Below, in pieces: positions 50,449-59,666 of a stretch of DNA of 64,000 bases; position 1 is the first letter of the stretch, and every line of letters starts with the position of its first letter. The translations under genes were made by a program, and so were the position numbers. The notes below the pieces were generated by a model. The model made no database searches. It was not told the origin of the DNA and saw only the letters and a program-made list of their open reading frames with translations. Source of the stretch: Patescibacteria group bacterium (lineage in GTDB: Bacteria; Patescibacteriota; Patescibacteriia; JAXHNJ01); contig JAXHNJ010000001.1 in the NCBI GenBank assembly GCA_034520665.1, forward strand, positions 386,579-450,578, read 5' to 3'.

Positions 50449-50678
50449 GGCCTTGTTTCCTTATATTAATGATTAGGCCATTTTGAGGTGTGTTTAAAGG
50501 TGCAAATAATTATTAAAGGTACCAAGCATTTAAATATACAGACTTGATTTTATAATGTCAAATTTTTACTTTATTAATTTAACAAAAAAACACTAAAAAA
50601 AATAATTTTAATTAAAAATAAATATGCTAAAAAACTGCCTGTATTTTTTATTCACAGGCTTTTGACTAGTTCGAGTAT

Positions 50679-51596
50679 TTATTTTTGGCTAGTTTTGTAA
50701 AACATTATATATTCATTATCAGACAAAGAGATAACCGAAGGATCAGCGGTTAAAGAATAAAGTGAAGACTGAAAAGATTTATTCAGTTTATTAAATGAGA
50801 AACCATCCGGAGAAGTAGCTATTTGGATTCCACCGGTATAAAGGTAAAAAGTATCACCATCTTTAATAACTTCTGGTATAGCCTGGCCCTGATAAACTTG
50901 TGAGTAAAAGTTAAAGTCTAAACCATTATTTGAAGTAGCCAAAATAACAGCCTCGCCTTGAGCGTCTCCACAATACATATAAAAAGAATTACCAACTTTG
51001 ATTACAGAAGGATCAAAAACACCTTCATACTCAAACCTGACTCCTTCTTCCTGTGTAAAATTAATCCCATCATCAGAAATGGCTGAATATATTTTATTTT
51101 TGTAACCAGTACCAATGGCTTCTGGGCCTCTGGCCGAGAACATGTCCAGATAATAAAGTCTGATGCGTCCGTCATCTAAAACCACAGGCGAAGGGTCTAC
51201 TGGTACCTTATTGCCCAATCCAGTGTAATTAACAGTTTGCCTAGCTGTCCAGTTTTGACCTTCATCTTGAGAGATTAAAACACCGGTTTGTTCAGGCAGG
51301 CCGTCTTGAGCAACATCAACAAAATATAAATATATCTTATCCTCTTTATAAATAGCGTCTGGCACCGAAGCGTGCTCGACCAGAATTTCTCCCTGGTCCT
51401 GCCAGTCGATTAGATTAGAGCTGGTAGCCAAGGAAATTTTATCATGATAAGGACCTTTATCCATTTGAGACCAGTTATATTGACTAGTGGTTTTAGTCTC
51501 ACTTATTTTAGGTCCGGAATTTACATTAGATTGAGAATTTGTGCATCCAGCTAAAGAAATTATAAGGATGACTAGAGGTAGAATAATTTTTTTCAT
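50679..51596 (-). CDS. lipoprotein with beta-propeller fold, glycoside-hydrolase (GH43/GH32-superfamily)-like
   Basis: Lipobox LAGCT and repeated DGxxhYLYh blade-like segments. Confidence 0.4.
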   Translation of the reverse strand: MKKIILPLVILIISLAGCTNSQSNVNSGPKISETKTTSQYNWSQMDKGPYHDKISLATSSNLIDWQDQGEILVEHASVPDAIYKEDKIYLYFVDVAQDGLPEQTGVLISQDEGQNWTARQTVNYTGLGNKVPVDPSPVVLDDGRIRLYYLDMFSARGPEAIGTGYKNKIYSAISDDGINFTQEEGVRFEYEGVFDPSVIKVGNSFYMYCGDAQGEAVILATSNNGLDFNFYSQVYQGQAIPEVIKDGDTFYLYTGGIQIATSPDGFSFNKLNKSFQSSLYSLTADPSVISLSDNEYIMFYKTSQK

Positions 51597-51611
51597 TATT
51601 TTTATTTAATA

Positions 51612-51917
51612 CTAATATTCAATAATATTACTCTCATCCGGCACTGGTTCATCAACCGGCACCACTTCATCAATTACTCTATTATCCTGCCAACCCTGAA
51701 CTTGACCCTGGTTAGTATTTTCATTTATATCAGTAATAGTCTCAAGCCTGTCTTCGGCTTCTTCAGCCACATCCTTGGCTTTATTAATCAGATCAGAGTT
51801 ATTAGCCTCGTTAATCACCTTCCCGCCCTCTTCTTTAACTTTTTCGGCCCTTTGGGAACAAGCCGATAAGGTAAAAACTAAACCTAGAATAAATAAAAAT
51901 GTGATTATTTTTTTCAT
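51612..51917 (-). CDS. small acidic lipoprotein
   Basis: Lipobox LSACS and a D/E-rich 101-aa sequence. Confidence 0.5.
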   Translation of the reverse strand: MKKIITFLFILGLVFTLSACSQRAEKVKEEGGKVINEANNSDLINKAKDVAEEAEDRLETITDINENTNQGQVQGWQDNRVIDEVVPVDEPVPDESNIIEY

Positions 51918-51978
51918 AAATTTTTAAAATATTATATCTCTCTTAATTATAAACTATAAGGAGATAAAAGCAAAAATA

Positions 51979-52392
51979 TTAAAAATGCTTATTATAGTAA
52001 TTTATAAATTGACTGGGCTTTAAAATTCTAGTTTTATCAAATTCTTTGAATTTTAAAAGATGATGATCACTAGAAACCACAAAATCGGCTTGGGTAGCTT
52101 TAGCCAGTCCCAAAAAAATATTATCTGAAGGATCCTCTTTTATAAGATTAATTCTTGGCGTTCTAATAATTTTATTTTTATTATTATAAATTTTATCAAT
52201 AGATTTATAAAAGCTTTGACGGGCGTGAATATTCCTTAAAATTATATTTAGCTCATTTCTCATCTTGTTATTCCAAAAAGTTTTAATTTTTTCTTTTGAA
52301 GCTAATTTTAAAACGCGGGCTGAATTTGACTGCTTTTTAAAATAAGCCGAGATAATAATATTGGTGTCTAAAATAACTTTTAATTGTTCCAT
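51979..52392 (-). CDS. PIN-domain protein (VapC-like nuclease fold), no cognate antitoxin gene visible
   Basis: ILDTNIIISA N-terminal Asp motif, EDPSDN, and SSDHH acidic residues. Confidence 0.6.
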   Translation of the reverse strand: MEQLKVILDTNIIISAYFKKQSNSARVLKLASKEKIKTFWNNKMRNELNIILRNIHARQSFYKSIDKIYNNKNKIIRTPRINLIKEDPSDNIFLGLAKATQADFVVSSDHHLLKFKEFDKTRILKPSQFINYYNKHF

Positions 52393-52397
52393 AAATA

Positions 52398-53210
52398 TTA
52401 GGGTTTTTTATTTTGCAAAAATTTAATAACTGAGCCGGTAGACTTATAACCCGAAGGCGGATACCACTGAGCTTCTTTAATTAAAGGATGATCTTTATGT
52501 TTTGAGTAAATATATTCTTCGGCCTTTTCCCAGCGCTTAATTTCTTCTTTTACATTTGTAAAATCCAGAGTTTGTTCATAGTCAACCAAGGCTCTATTTA
52601 AATAGATAAAACCATCCGGGTATTTTTTAGAAATTCTTAAAGTGTATTCAAAATCCTCCCAAAAGGTTAGTTTTTCCTCCCAATCCCCTACTTTCTTAAT
52701 AATTTCTTTTTTATGAATAAAAGTATTGGTGTCTATGATAATTTTTCGCTGCCAAAGACGTTTTAAATCAAAATATTTTTTATGATTAAAAAACTCATCA
52801 CGCACCATTTTAACCTCTTTATCTTTTTCTTTGAGTTTAAGACGGTAATTTTTCTTACAAAAAAACAAAACTTTATCTGGATATTTATTGACTGCTTTTT
52901 TCATAGATTCTAAAAAATCCTGATGCCAGCGGTTATCTGAATCAATATAAGCAATATATTGGCCTCTGGCTTTTTTCAGGCCCTGGTTACGCGCAGCCGG
53001 AGCGCCTTGATTTTTCTTTAATTTAATATATTTTATCCGAGGATCAGAAAAAGTTTTGACTAGTTTTTCTGTTTGGTCTTTTGAGCTGTCATCAATAATA
53101 ATCAATTCAAAAAAAGGATAGGTTTGCCTCAACACCGAAAGAACCGCTCGCCAGAGAATATAACAGCGGTTATAGGTCGGTAAAATTACAGAAAATAAAG
53201 GTTTATACAT
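52398..53210 (-). CDS. glycosyltransferase family 2
   Basis: FSVILPTYNR...IIIDDSSKD GT2 motif. Confidence 0.8.
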   Translation of the reverse strand: MYKPLFSVILPTYNRCYILWRAVLSVLRQTYPFFELIIIDDSSKDQTEKLVKTFSDPRIKYIKLKKNQGAPAARNQGLKKARGQYIAYIDSDNRWHQDFLESMKKAVNKYPDKVLFFCKKNYRLKLKEKDKEVKMVRDEFFNHKKYFDLKRLWQRKIIIDTNTFIHKKEIIKKVGDWEEKLTFWEDFEYTLRISKKYPDGFIYLNRALVDYEQTLDFTNVKEEIKRWEKAEEYIYSKHKDHPLIKEAQWYPPSGYKSTGSVIKFLQNKKP

Positions 53211-53215
53211 AAAGA

Positions 53216-53833
53216 CTAATCAGTAAAAGTCATTTTTTTATAAATAGCCCGAGTCACTTCAACATCAGCCTGGCAGTATTTATAAATTTCTTTGAGCTTG
53301 CCTTTTTTATAAAAATCATAGACCTTAGAGCCATCCAGATCGCCGGATTTTGAAGAGGGTAAATCCAGTATTTTAGCCAGCATATCCAGACTAATGGAAG
53401 AAGACATATTCCATTTTTCCCATTCGCGCATAGTGTCATAAATAGGGTTGTTACGATAACGAGCGAAATTAAGCCATTGAGAGGGTCTGACCCGGTTTAT
53501 AATTGACCTTTTATAAATAAATTGTAAATCAAAATCCATAACATTATGGCCAATAAATTGCTGCACTCCTCTTGATAATTGCCAAAATTTGGTAAGAATT
53601 TCTTTTTCTGGACCGGTTAAAACAGCTGGTTTTTCCATATTCGGCTCTTTAAGATAACCGATGCATAAAATACGGCCGTACGAGCCGTTAAGGGCGGTTT
53701 TACGATAAACATCCTCTTTTTTATAAGGTTTTTTCTTTTTAAGTTCATGCTTAGCCTGGATATCTTTTTCTAGGGTAGGCCAAAGTTTGGGATCAGCCGG
53801 TATAGTTTCAATGTCAAGAAATAGTTTGCTCAT
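53216..53833 (-). CDS. DEDDy-type 3'-5' exonuclease (DnaQ/PolB-exonuclease-like)
   Basis: Exo I FLDIETIP (DxE), Exo II GHNVMDFDLQF, Exo III YCQADVEVT (Y-x3-D). Confidence 0.6.
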   Translation of the reverse strand: MSKLFLDIETIPADPKLWPTLEKDIQAKHELKKKKPYKKEDVYRKTALNGSYGRILCIGYLKEPNMEKPAVLTGPEKEILTKFWQLSRGVQQFIGHNVMDFDLQFIYKRSIINRVRPSQWLNFARYRNNPIYDTMREWEKWNMSSSISLDMLAKILDLPSSKSGDLDGSKVYDFYKKGKLKEIYKYCQADVEVTRAIYKKMTFTD

Positions 53834-53909
53834 AAAATTTAAGGTTAATTTTTCTTTATTATAACATAATTAAATTTAAAAAAATAATTTTTTTTGGCTA
53901 AAAGGACGA

Positions 53910-55169
53910 GTGTGCTATAATAATAGTATGAATTCTATACAAGATTATTTTCGTTTTTGTAATAAAAAAACCAAGTCAGAAATTTTAAAATTGGCTGATC
54001 AGCTAGAGGATGAACATATTGTCATGATTAACTCCACTCCTTCTGGCGGTGGAGTGGCGGAAATTCTAAACAGCCTGGTTTTATTGTTAAACGATTTGGG
54101 ACTGGATGTTGGCTGGCGTATTTTAAAAGGTTCGGATGATTTTTTTCAGGTGACTAAAGAATTTCATAACGGACTCCAGGGAGAAAAAGTATCTATAAAC
54201 CGAAGAAAAAAAGGGCTTTATGAAAATACCAATTGTATTAACGCCCGTTCCACTCATATTGAAAGACATGATCTGGTAGTGGTTCATGATCCCCAGCCTC
54301 TGGCCTTGATCGAATATTATAAAAAAAGAATCCCCTGGATTTTACGGTTGCATATTGATTTATCCAATCCAGATCAAAAAGTGCTTGAATACCTTAAATC
54401 TTATATTGAGCAGTACGACTCAGTTATAATTTCTCACAAAAAATATAAATTAAAAAACCTGGCTGTCCAGCAGCTAATTATGCCGCCCTCAATCGATCCG
54501 CTCAATATGAAAAACCGTCCTATGAGTAACGATTCCATGATCGGAATATTAAAAAAGCATGGAATTACCTTACACAAACCAATTATTGCCCAGATTTCAA
54601 GGTTTGATAAGTGGAAAGATCCGATTGGCGTGATTAAGGTCTTTGAAAAAATACAAAAAGAATATGACTGCCAGCTAGTACTTTTAGGCAATCTTTCTAT
54701 TGACGATCCAGAAGCGCCTGAGATACTAAGAAAAGTACGGCAAAGAGCCCGAAATAATAAAGATATAACTATACTTTTAAATGTGGAAGATAATGACCGC
54801 ATGGTCAACGCTTTGCAGTCAGTTTCAGAAGTAGTTTTACAAAAGTCATTGAAAGAAGGTTTTGCTTTAACAGTCTCCGAAGCTATGTGGAAAGGTACCC
54901 CAGTGGTTGGTAGCCGAGTCGGCGGCATACCCCTGCAAATAAAAGACGGCCAAACAGGCTTTTTAGTTAATAATATTTCTCAAGCTAGCCAGGCCTGTTT
55001 AAAAATTATAACCAATAAAAAAAGACGTAACCGTATGGGCCGAGCCGCTAAAAAAAGAGTTAGAAATAATTTTCTTATTACCCGCCATATTCTTGATTAC
55101 TTAAGGCTTTTTGATTTTTATCTTAATCAAAATCACCAGTATAATATTGGCCAGAAATACCCTTATTAA
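53910..55169 (+). CDS. glycosyltransferase family 4 (GT-B; trehalose-synthase/TreT-like architecture)
   Basis: EGFALTVSEAMWKGTPVV E-x7-E motif and an N-terminal GT-B domain. Confidence 0.7.
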   Translation: MCYNNSMNSIQDYFRFCNKKTKSEILKLADQLEDEHIVMINSTPSGGGVAEILNSLVLLLNDLGLDVGWRILKGSDDFFQVTKEFHNGLQGEKVSINRRKKGLYENTNCINARSTHIERHDLVVVHDPQPLALIEYYKKRIPWILRLHIDLSNPDQKVLEYLKSYIEQYDSVIISHKKYKLKNLAVQQLIMPPSIDPLNMKNRPMSNDSMIGILKKHGITLHKPIIAQISRFDKWKDPIGVIKVFEKIQKEYDCQLVLLGNLSIDDPEAPEILRKVRQRARNNKDITILLNVEDNDRMVNALQSVSEVVLQKSLKEGFALTVSEAMWKGTPVVGSRVGGIPLQIKDGQTGFLVNNISQASQACLKIITNKKRRNRMGRAAKKRVRNNFLITRHILDYLRLFDFYLNQNHQYNIGQKYPY

Positions 55170-55226
55170 TATAAACTAAAAAAACCGCTTTAAATTATTT
55201 AAGGCGGTTTTTTAATATATTACAAC

Positions 55227-55532
55227 TTACTCTTTTTCTGATTTTATTTTTTTGATTATTTTCTTAATATTTCCAATAAATTTATCAGTCATTGATTGGC
55301 GACCAGACGAGCTCATATACTGGGTAATTCTCTTAAAAGTGCTTTGTTCGTATTCAATAAGACCAGCCGCTTTTTTTATATATTGGGCTTTGTCAAAATA
55401 AAACTTGGCAATTTTTTTCGAAGGTTTAGTTAATAAATTTTCCCCTTTAAATTCTTTTTCCTCCTTTTTTTTGTCTTCCTTACCCCTCGGTGATTGGCTT
55501 TTTTTTGTCTTCTTTTTCTTTTGTTTCATAAA
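55227..55532 (-). CDS. hypothetical K-rich protein (likely starting at the internal Met overlapping the mscS stop)
   Basis: The ORF track gives 55227-55610. The Met at 55532 gives a 4-nt ATGA overlap with mscS. Confidence 0.3.
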   Translation of the reverse strand, partial: FMKQKKKKTKKSQSPRGKEDKKKEEKEFKGENLLTKPSKKIAKFYFDKAQYIKKAAGLIEYEQSTFKRITQYMSSSGRQSMTDKFIGNIKKIIKKIKSEKE

Positions 55533-55533
55533 T

Positions 55534-56580
55534 TTAATTTTTGGTAAATATTGTTTGCGTGGGATAAGCAAAGGAAATTCCTTCGTTTTCAAAAACTTCC
55601 TTGATAGCAAAATGAATTTTTTGGTTTAAGTCCATATAATCATTATAGTCTTGTGACTCAACATAATAAACCGCTTCAATCCCCAAACTAGAATCATTAA
55701 AACTTTTAAAATGAGCCCGGTCATAACGCACCCGGTCGGTTTTGTCTATAATTTCTTTAATCAAATGAGGTATTTTTTTCAGCTTCTCAAAGGGGGTTTG
55801 GTAAGTGACCCCGAGATTTAAAACAATTCTTCTCTCTTTCATTCTTTTAAAATTCTGAATACGAGTGGAAGTTAACTCTTGGTTAGAAATAACTATTTCT
55901 TCGCCCTGCAGGGCTCGAATACGAGAGGTTTTAATACCGATCTTCTCGACTACACCCATATGCTTGCCAACCACAATAAAGTCACCAATGACAAAGGGCT
56001 TGTCAAAACGAATAGCAAAAGAAGAGAAAAGATCTGAAAGAATATTCTGTAAAGCCAAACCAATAGCTAAACCACCAATACCCAAACCAGCAACTAAAGA
56101 GGTTATATTAACTCCTAAGTTTGATAAAACTAATAACAAGCCAAAACTCCAAACAATTATCTTGGCTATCACACTAACCGTATTAACCGCTTGTTTTTTG
56201 CCGGGATCTTCTTCCTGGCCATATTTTCTTTTAGCTATGTAGTTAATTAATATCTGAATAGCTACCGCGACCTGGTAAACTAAAATAGCAATTAAAAGGG
56301 CGTTTAAAATATTCTGAAAAATACCGCTTTTATTTAAATAAAGAGCGGCTAAATAAAGACTAAAATAAAGATAAAAAGGCGGTTTGATATGTTCAATAAT
56401 CTCAATCAGCATATCATCAATATCAGTTTTTGACTTCTGAGCCAGTTTTTTCAGACGGTGAAGCAATAGAGCCTGAAATATCTTAAAAAAGACTAATAAA
56501 ACAAAAAAGAGGCCGATAAAAATCAGGTAATTTTGGATAGTATTGCCCCAATACTCAGTCGATAAAAAAGATGTGTCCAT
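55534..56580 (-). CDS. mscS: small-conductance mechanosensitive channel (MscS family)
   Basis: Three TM helices plus the beta domain FVIGDFIVVGKHMGVVEKIGIKTSRIRALQGEEIVISN. Confidence 0.85.
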   Translation of the reverse strand: MDTSFLSTEYWGNTIQNYLIFIGLFFVLLVFFKIFQALLLHRLKKLAQKSKTDIDDMLIEIIEHIKPPFYLYFSLYLAALYLNKSGIFQNILNALLIAILVYQVAVAIQILINYIAKRKYGQEEDPGKKQAVNTVSVIAKIIVWSFGLLLVLSNLGVNITSLVAGLGIGGLAIGLALQNILSDLFSSFAIRFDKPFVIGDFIVVGKHMGVVEKIGIKTSRIRALQGEEIVISNQELTSTRIQNFKRMKERRIVLNLGVTYQTPFEKLKKIPHLIKEIIDKTDRVRYDRAHFKSFNDSSLGIEAVYYVESQDYNDYMDLNQKIHFAIKEVFENEGISFAYPTQTIFTKN

Positions 56581-56730
56581 AAGTTTTTATTTAGTTAATA
56601 TTGAGTATAGCTTAAATTGGCCAAAAAATCAAATAGTTTATGGTTTTAGGGGTGTAGCGGTTAGTTTGGTTGTAGTTTTGGGTTTTTGGTGTATTTTAGC
56701 ATTTATGGTAATGACAAAGATTAAAATCCC

Positions 56731-56806
56731 ATATTTTATAAGCGTCTATCGGTGTACGGTTACCGAAGCCCGTATGGTTATACGGTATCGGTTTAGGTCG
56801 GATTTT
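56731..56806. repeat. 76-nt direct repeat copy A with conserved internal hairpin (candidate sRNA or regulatory element)
   Basis: atattttataagcgtctatcggtgtacggttaccgaagcccgtatggttatacggtatcggtttaggtcggatttt differs at 4 of 76 positions from copy B. Hairpin ccgtat-ggtt-atacgg. Confidence 0.6.
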
Positions 56807-56902
56807 ATCTATTTTTAAACTTTGTCCAAGCCGAAAATAAATTGTATAATTGACGAGCGATTTTGTTATAAATATTCAAATAAATTCCAAAAATCAAAGC
56901 AA

Positions 56903-56978
56903 ATATTTTATAAGCGTCTATCGGTATACGGTTACCGAAGCCCGTATCGTAATACGGTATCGGTTTACGTCGGATTTT
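56903..56978. repeat. 76-nt direct repeat copy B
   Basis: Same unit 172 nt downstream. The hairpin loop changes (ggtt to cgta) while both stem arms are preserved. A TTGTCC-N17-TATAAT promoter-like pair lies at ~56826-56854 on the plus strand. Confidence 0.6.
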
Positions 56979-57092
56979 TCCAAAACCAAAAAACTATAAC
57001 TTTACTCCTGCCCGGCTTTAGCAAAAGCGGCTATAACTAAATCCGATAGCAAAAAACAAATAAATAAGGATTACCAATTTAAATTAAAAAAT

Positions 57093-57638
57093 TTATGGCT
57101 TCTTTTTAGCTGTTTTTTTGGATTTCTTTTTAGTCAGTTTCTTGGTTTTTTTCTTTGGGGCTGGCTTTTTTGTCTTAACTTTCTTGGCTTGAGATTTTTT
57201 CTTGACCACTGGCTGTTCCAAGATACTGATAACCTTATCCAATTTGTAGCCTAAGGATTTTAATTGCTCAGCTAGCTGCTTATTGCCGGCTCCATCGCGG
57301 TTTCTCCGGTCACTTCGGCCACGCCAGCTTTTATTGCCTCGCCGATCGCCTGACCGGCCTTCTTTGGCAAAACAGTCATTACAGTAGATTGGTTTGCCAC
57401 TGGTCGGCCGAAAAGGCACTTGGCATTCCTGGCCGCATTGATCACAAACCGCTGAGAACATCGGCCGATCGCCTTTTCTAAAATCACGCCTTTTTGATCG
57501 GTTTGGTTGGTTTTCTTTTTGCTTCTCAAAGCAATGGCTGCATAAAACCGGCTTGCCACTGGTCGGCCGAAAAGGGACCTGGCAGGCCTGGCCACACTGA
57601 CTGCAGGTGGCTGGGAACATTTCTTTTTTAGAGTACAT
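57093..57638 (-). CDS. tandem zinc-ribbon protein (two CxxCGxxCxVPFRPTSGKPxxCxxCF modules) with lysine-rich C-terminal tail; likely nucleic-acid binding
   Basis: CSQCGQACQVPFRPTSGKPVLCSHCFEK and CDQCGQECQVPFRPTSGKPIYCNDCFAK modules, then the KKKSQAKKVKTKKPAPKKKTKK tail. The gene is visibly GC-rich and duplicated at the nucleotide level. Confidence 0.6.
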   Translation of the reverse strand: MYSKKEMFPATCSQCGQACQVPFRPTSGKPVLCSHCFEKQKENQPNRSKRRDFRKGDRPMFSAVCDQCGQECQVPFRPTSGKPIYCNDCFAKEGRSGDRRGNKSWRGRSDRRNRDGAGNKQLAEQLKSLGYKLDKVISILEQPVVKKKSQAKKVKTKKPAPKKKTKKLTKKKSKKTAKKKP

Positions 57639-57667
57639 ATAATTTTTTAGTTTAGTTTTAAGAATAT

Positions 57668-57859
57668 TTATAATATTTCTTTGACCCGGCCAACTTCTCC
57701 TGACTGGAGCCGAACCTTAATACCGTGCGGATGATAGGGCGAATTAGTTAAAATATCCTGAACCACCCCTGGGGTCAGCTTTCCGCTTAATTGATCTTTT
57801 TTCTTGACCATAGCCACGCGCTGGCCTACTCTGATATCCTCTCTATTATGGCTGTTCAT
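57668..57859 (-). CDS. small conserved protein, YwbE/DUF2196-like
   Basis: 63 aa with a VKKKDQLSGKLTPGVVQDILTNSPYHPHGIKVRLQSGEVGRVKEIL pattern. Confidence 0.45.
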   Translation of the reverse strand: MNSHNREDIRVGQRVAMVKKKDQLSGKLTPGVVQDILTNSPYHPHGIKVRLQSGEVGRVKEIL

Positions 57860-57928
57860 AGGCTTATTATACTCCTTTTTTGAAAATAAAAAAACCCTTT
57901 CCTAATTCCACTTTTTTAGTCAAATCAA

Positions 57929-57951
57929 AAAACCCTTAAAAAAAGGGTTTC
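57929..57951 (-). terminator. intrinsic terminator hairpin (aaccctt-aaaaa-aagggtt) with T-run on the minus strand
   Basis: Hairpin stem 57931-57937 pairing with 57943-57949. It lies ~370 nt downstream of the DEAD-box helicase stop; on the minus strand it is followed by ttttgatttg. Confidence 0.45.
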
Positions 57952-58316
57952 AATTTACTTCTTTTTATAGAGTCGGAACGAATCTATCCTTTTGGGCCGC
58001 TCAATGATTTGGGCCAGATAAACCTGACGTTTAACTCTTATTTTTAAGAAAAACTGATACTGTTTTGGTTTTTTATTTCCGCTGATCTTCGCGACGACAT
58101 TTTATAAACATGCTCGTCTGTATGACTTTTTTGAAGGGCGAATAAAACCAACAAATACTTGATTAAGTATCTTAGCAAACTTTATCAGTCTTGTCAAGAG
58201 AGATGAGTTTAGGGCTTAAAAAATGGTATTTTGTCTCATGTTTCTTCAATATAACTGATAACTACCGATAGAAGCTTTTTAATAAAAAAATAAAATCTAA
58301 AATAAGTTTTTCAATA

Positions 58317-59588
58317 TTACCTTGACTTTCGAAAATTCCTTTTCTGTCTTTGACGGCCTTGATTGACTCTTCTTTTGCTATAGCGACGGCCAAACTTCTT
58401 CCGTGAACGTGAATAATTATAAGATTTTTTTTTCTTAGAATATCCTTTTTTTGGCAAATTCTTGGCCGAGATTGAACTTTTTTTACTAACCACAAGCTGT
58501 TTTTTTATCAATCGTTCGATATCTCGGACATCACGCCCTTGATCAGAGGTAGCGAAAGAAATAGCTTTTCCTTTTTTTCCGGCCCGAGCGGTCCGCCCAA
58601 TCCGATGGACATAGTCATCAGGAGTGCTCGGTAAATCATAATTTATAACCACTTCAATATTTTTTACATCAATCCCGCGAGCCGCGATATCCGTGGCCAC
58701 TAAAATTCTATATCTACCCGTCTTAAAGCCTTCAATGGCTGTTTGGCGCTGAGCCAGGCTGCGGTTAGAGTGAATTTCGTGGGCTGAAAAACCCATGGCT
58801 CGAATAATCTTGGCTAGTTTTTTGGTGCCCCATTTGGTTCGACAAAAAACCAAAACCGAACCGGAGAATTGGTTAAGAATATTTTTTAAGAATGATATTT
58901 TTTCATTGCCTTTTAGAAAAATAACTTCCTGATCGACCTCTTTAACCGTGGTTCCCGACTGTGATATTTCTACCCTTAAAGGCAGGTGCATATGCCGGCT
59001 GGCCAGGGACACAATAGAAGAAGGCATAGTAGCCGAAAAAAGCAGAGTCTGTCTTTTTTTAGAAATTTGCTTAATAATCTTTTCAATTTGAGGGGCAAAG
59101 CCCATATCAAGCATGCGGTCAGCTTCATCAAGCGTTAAAATTCCCACCTGATTTAGAATTGATTTATCACGGGAAAGAAGATCAATCAGCCGGCCGGGGG
59201 TGGCCATTATAACATGCGGTTTATTTTTCAAGGCCTTTTTTTGCATTTTGGCAGAAGCACCCCCAATAACCACGGCTGTTTTAATATTTAAAGATTTTCC
59301 AAATTGTAAAAATACTTGGTTTACTTGAGCAGCCAGTTCCCTGGTCGGAACCAAAACCAGTCCCCGTTTTTTTAGGCGGGCTATATTCTGTATCATCGGT
59401 ATAACAAAGGCCAAGGTTTTACCGGTGCCAGTTTGAGCAATACCCATAAGATCCTGGCCTTGTATAGCTAAAGGAATGGTTTTGCTTTGAATCGGGGTCG
59501 GTTTCTTAAAATTATTTCGATCAAGTATCTGCCGTAATTTTGGCGCTATACTCAGACCTTCAAAATTTGTCTCTGATTGGTTGGTCAT
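58317..59588 (-). CDS. DEAD-box ATP-dependent RNA helicase with basic C-terminal tail
   Basis: Q-motif region, AQTGTGKT (motif I), DEAD, SAT and HRIGRTARAG (motif VI). Confidence 0.9.
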   Translation of the reverse strand: MTNQSETNFEGLSIAPKLRQILDRNNFKKPTPIQSKTIPLAIQGQDLMGIAQTGTGKTLAFVIPMIQNIARLKKRGLVLVPTRELAAQVNQVFLQFGKSLNIKTAVVIGGASAKMQKKALKNKPHVIMATPGRLIDLLSRDKSILNQVGILTLDEADRMLDMGFAPQIEKIIKQISKKRQTLLFSATMPSSIVSLASRHMHLPLRVEISQSGTTVKEVDQEVIFLKGNEKISFLKNILNQFSGSVLVFCRTKWGTKKLAKIIRAMGFSAHEIHSNRSLAQRQTAIEGFKTGRYRILVATDIAARGIDVKNIEVVINYDLPSTPDDYVHRIGRTARAGKKGKAISFATSDQGRDVRDIERLIKKQLVVSKKSSISAKNLPKKGYSKKKKSYNYSRSRKKFGRRYSKRRVNQGRQRQKRNFRKSR

Positions 59589-59666
59589 ATTTTTTATATT
59601 AGTGTTAGTTATACTTATAAATAAAAATTATTTTCTGGCAGCAAATAAAGCGATAGTCATAAATAT

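Noticed and set aside
56543-57040. Plus-strand ORFs 56543-56818 and 56822-57040 from the six-frame track
   Set aside because: They overlap the duplicated 76-nt repeat elements, have an improbable amino-acid composition, and have no RBS or start context. They are more likely non-coding.
57272-57595. 107-aa ORF in an alternative frame of the zinc-ribbon gene
   Set aside because: It runs in an alternative reading frame of the better-supported tandem zinc-ribbon ORF, within the GC-rich duplicated segment. It is a frame artefact.
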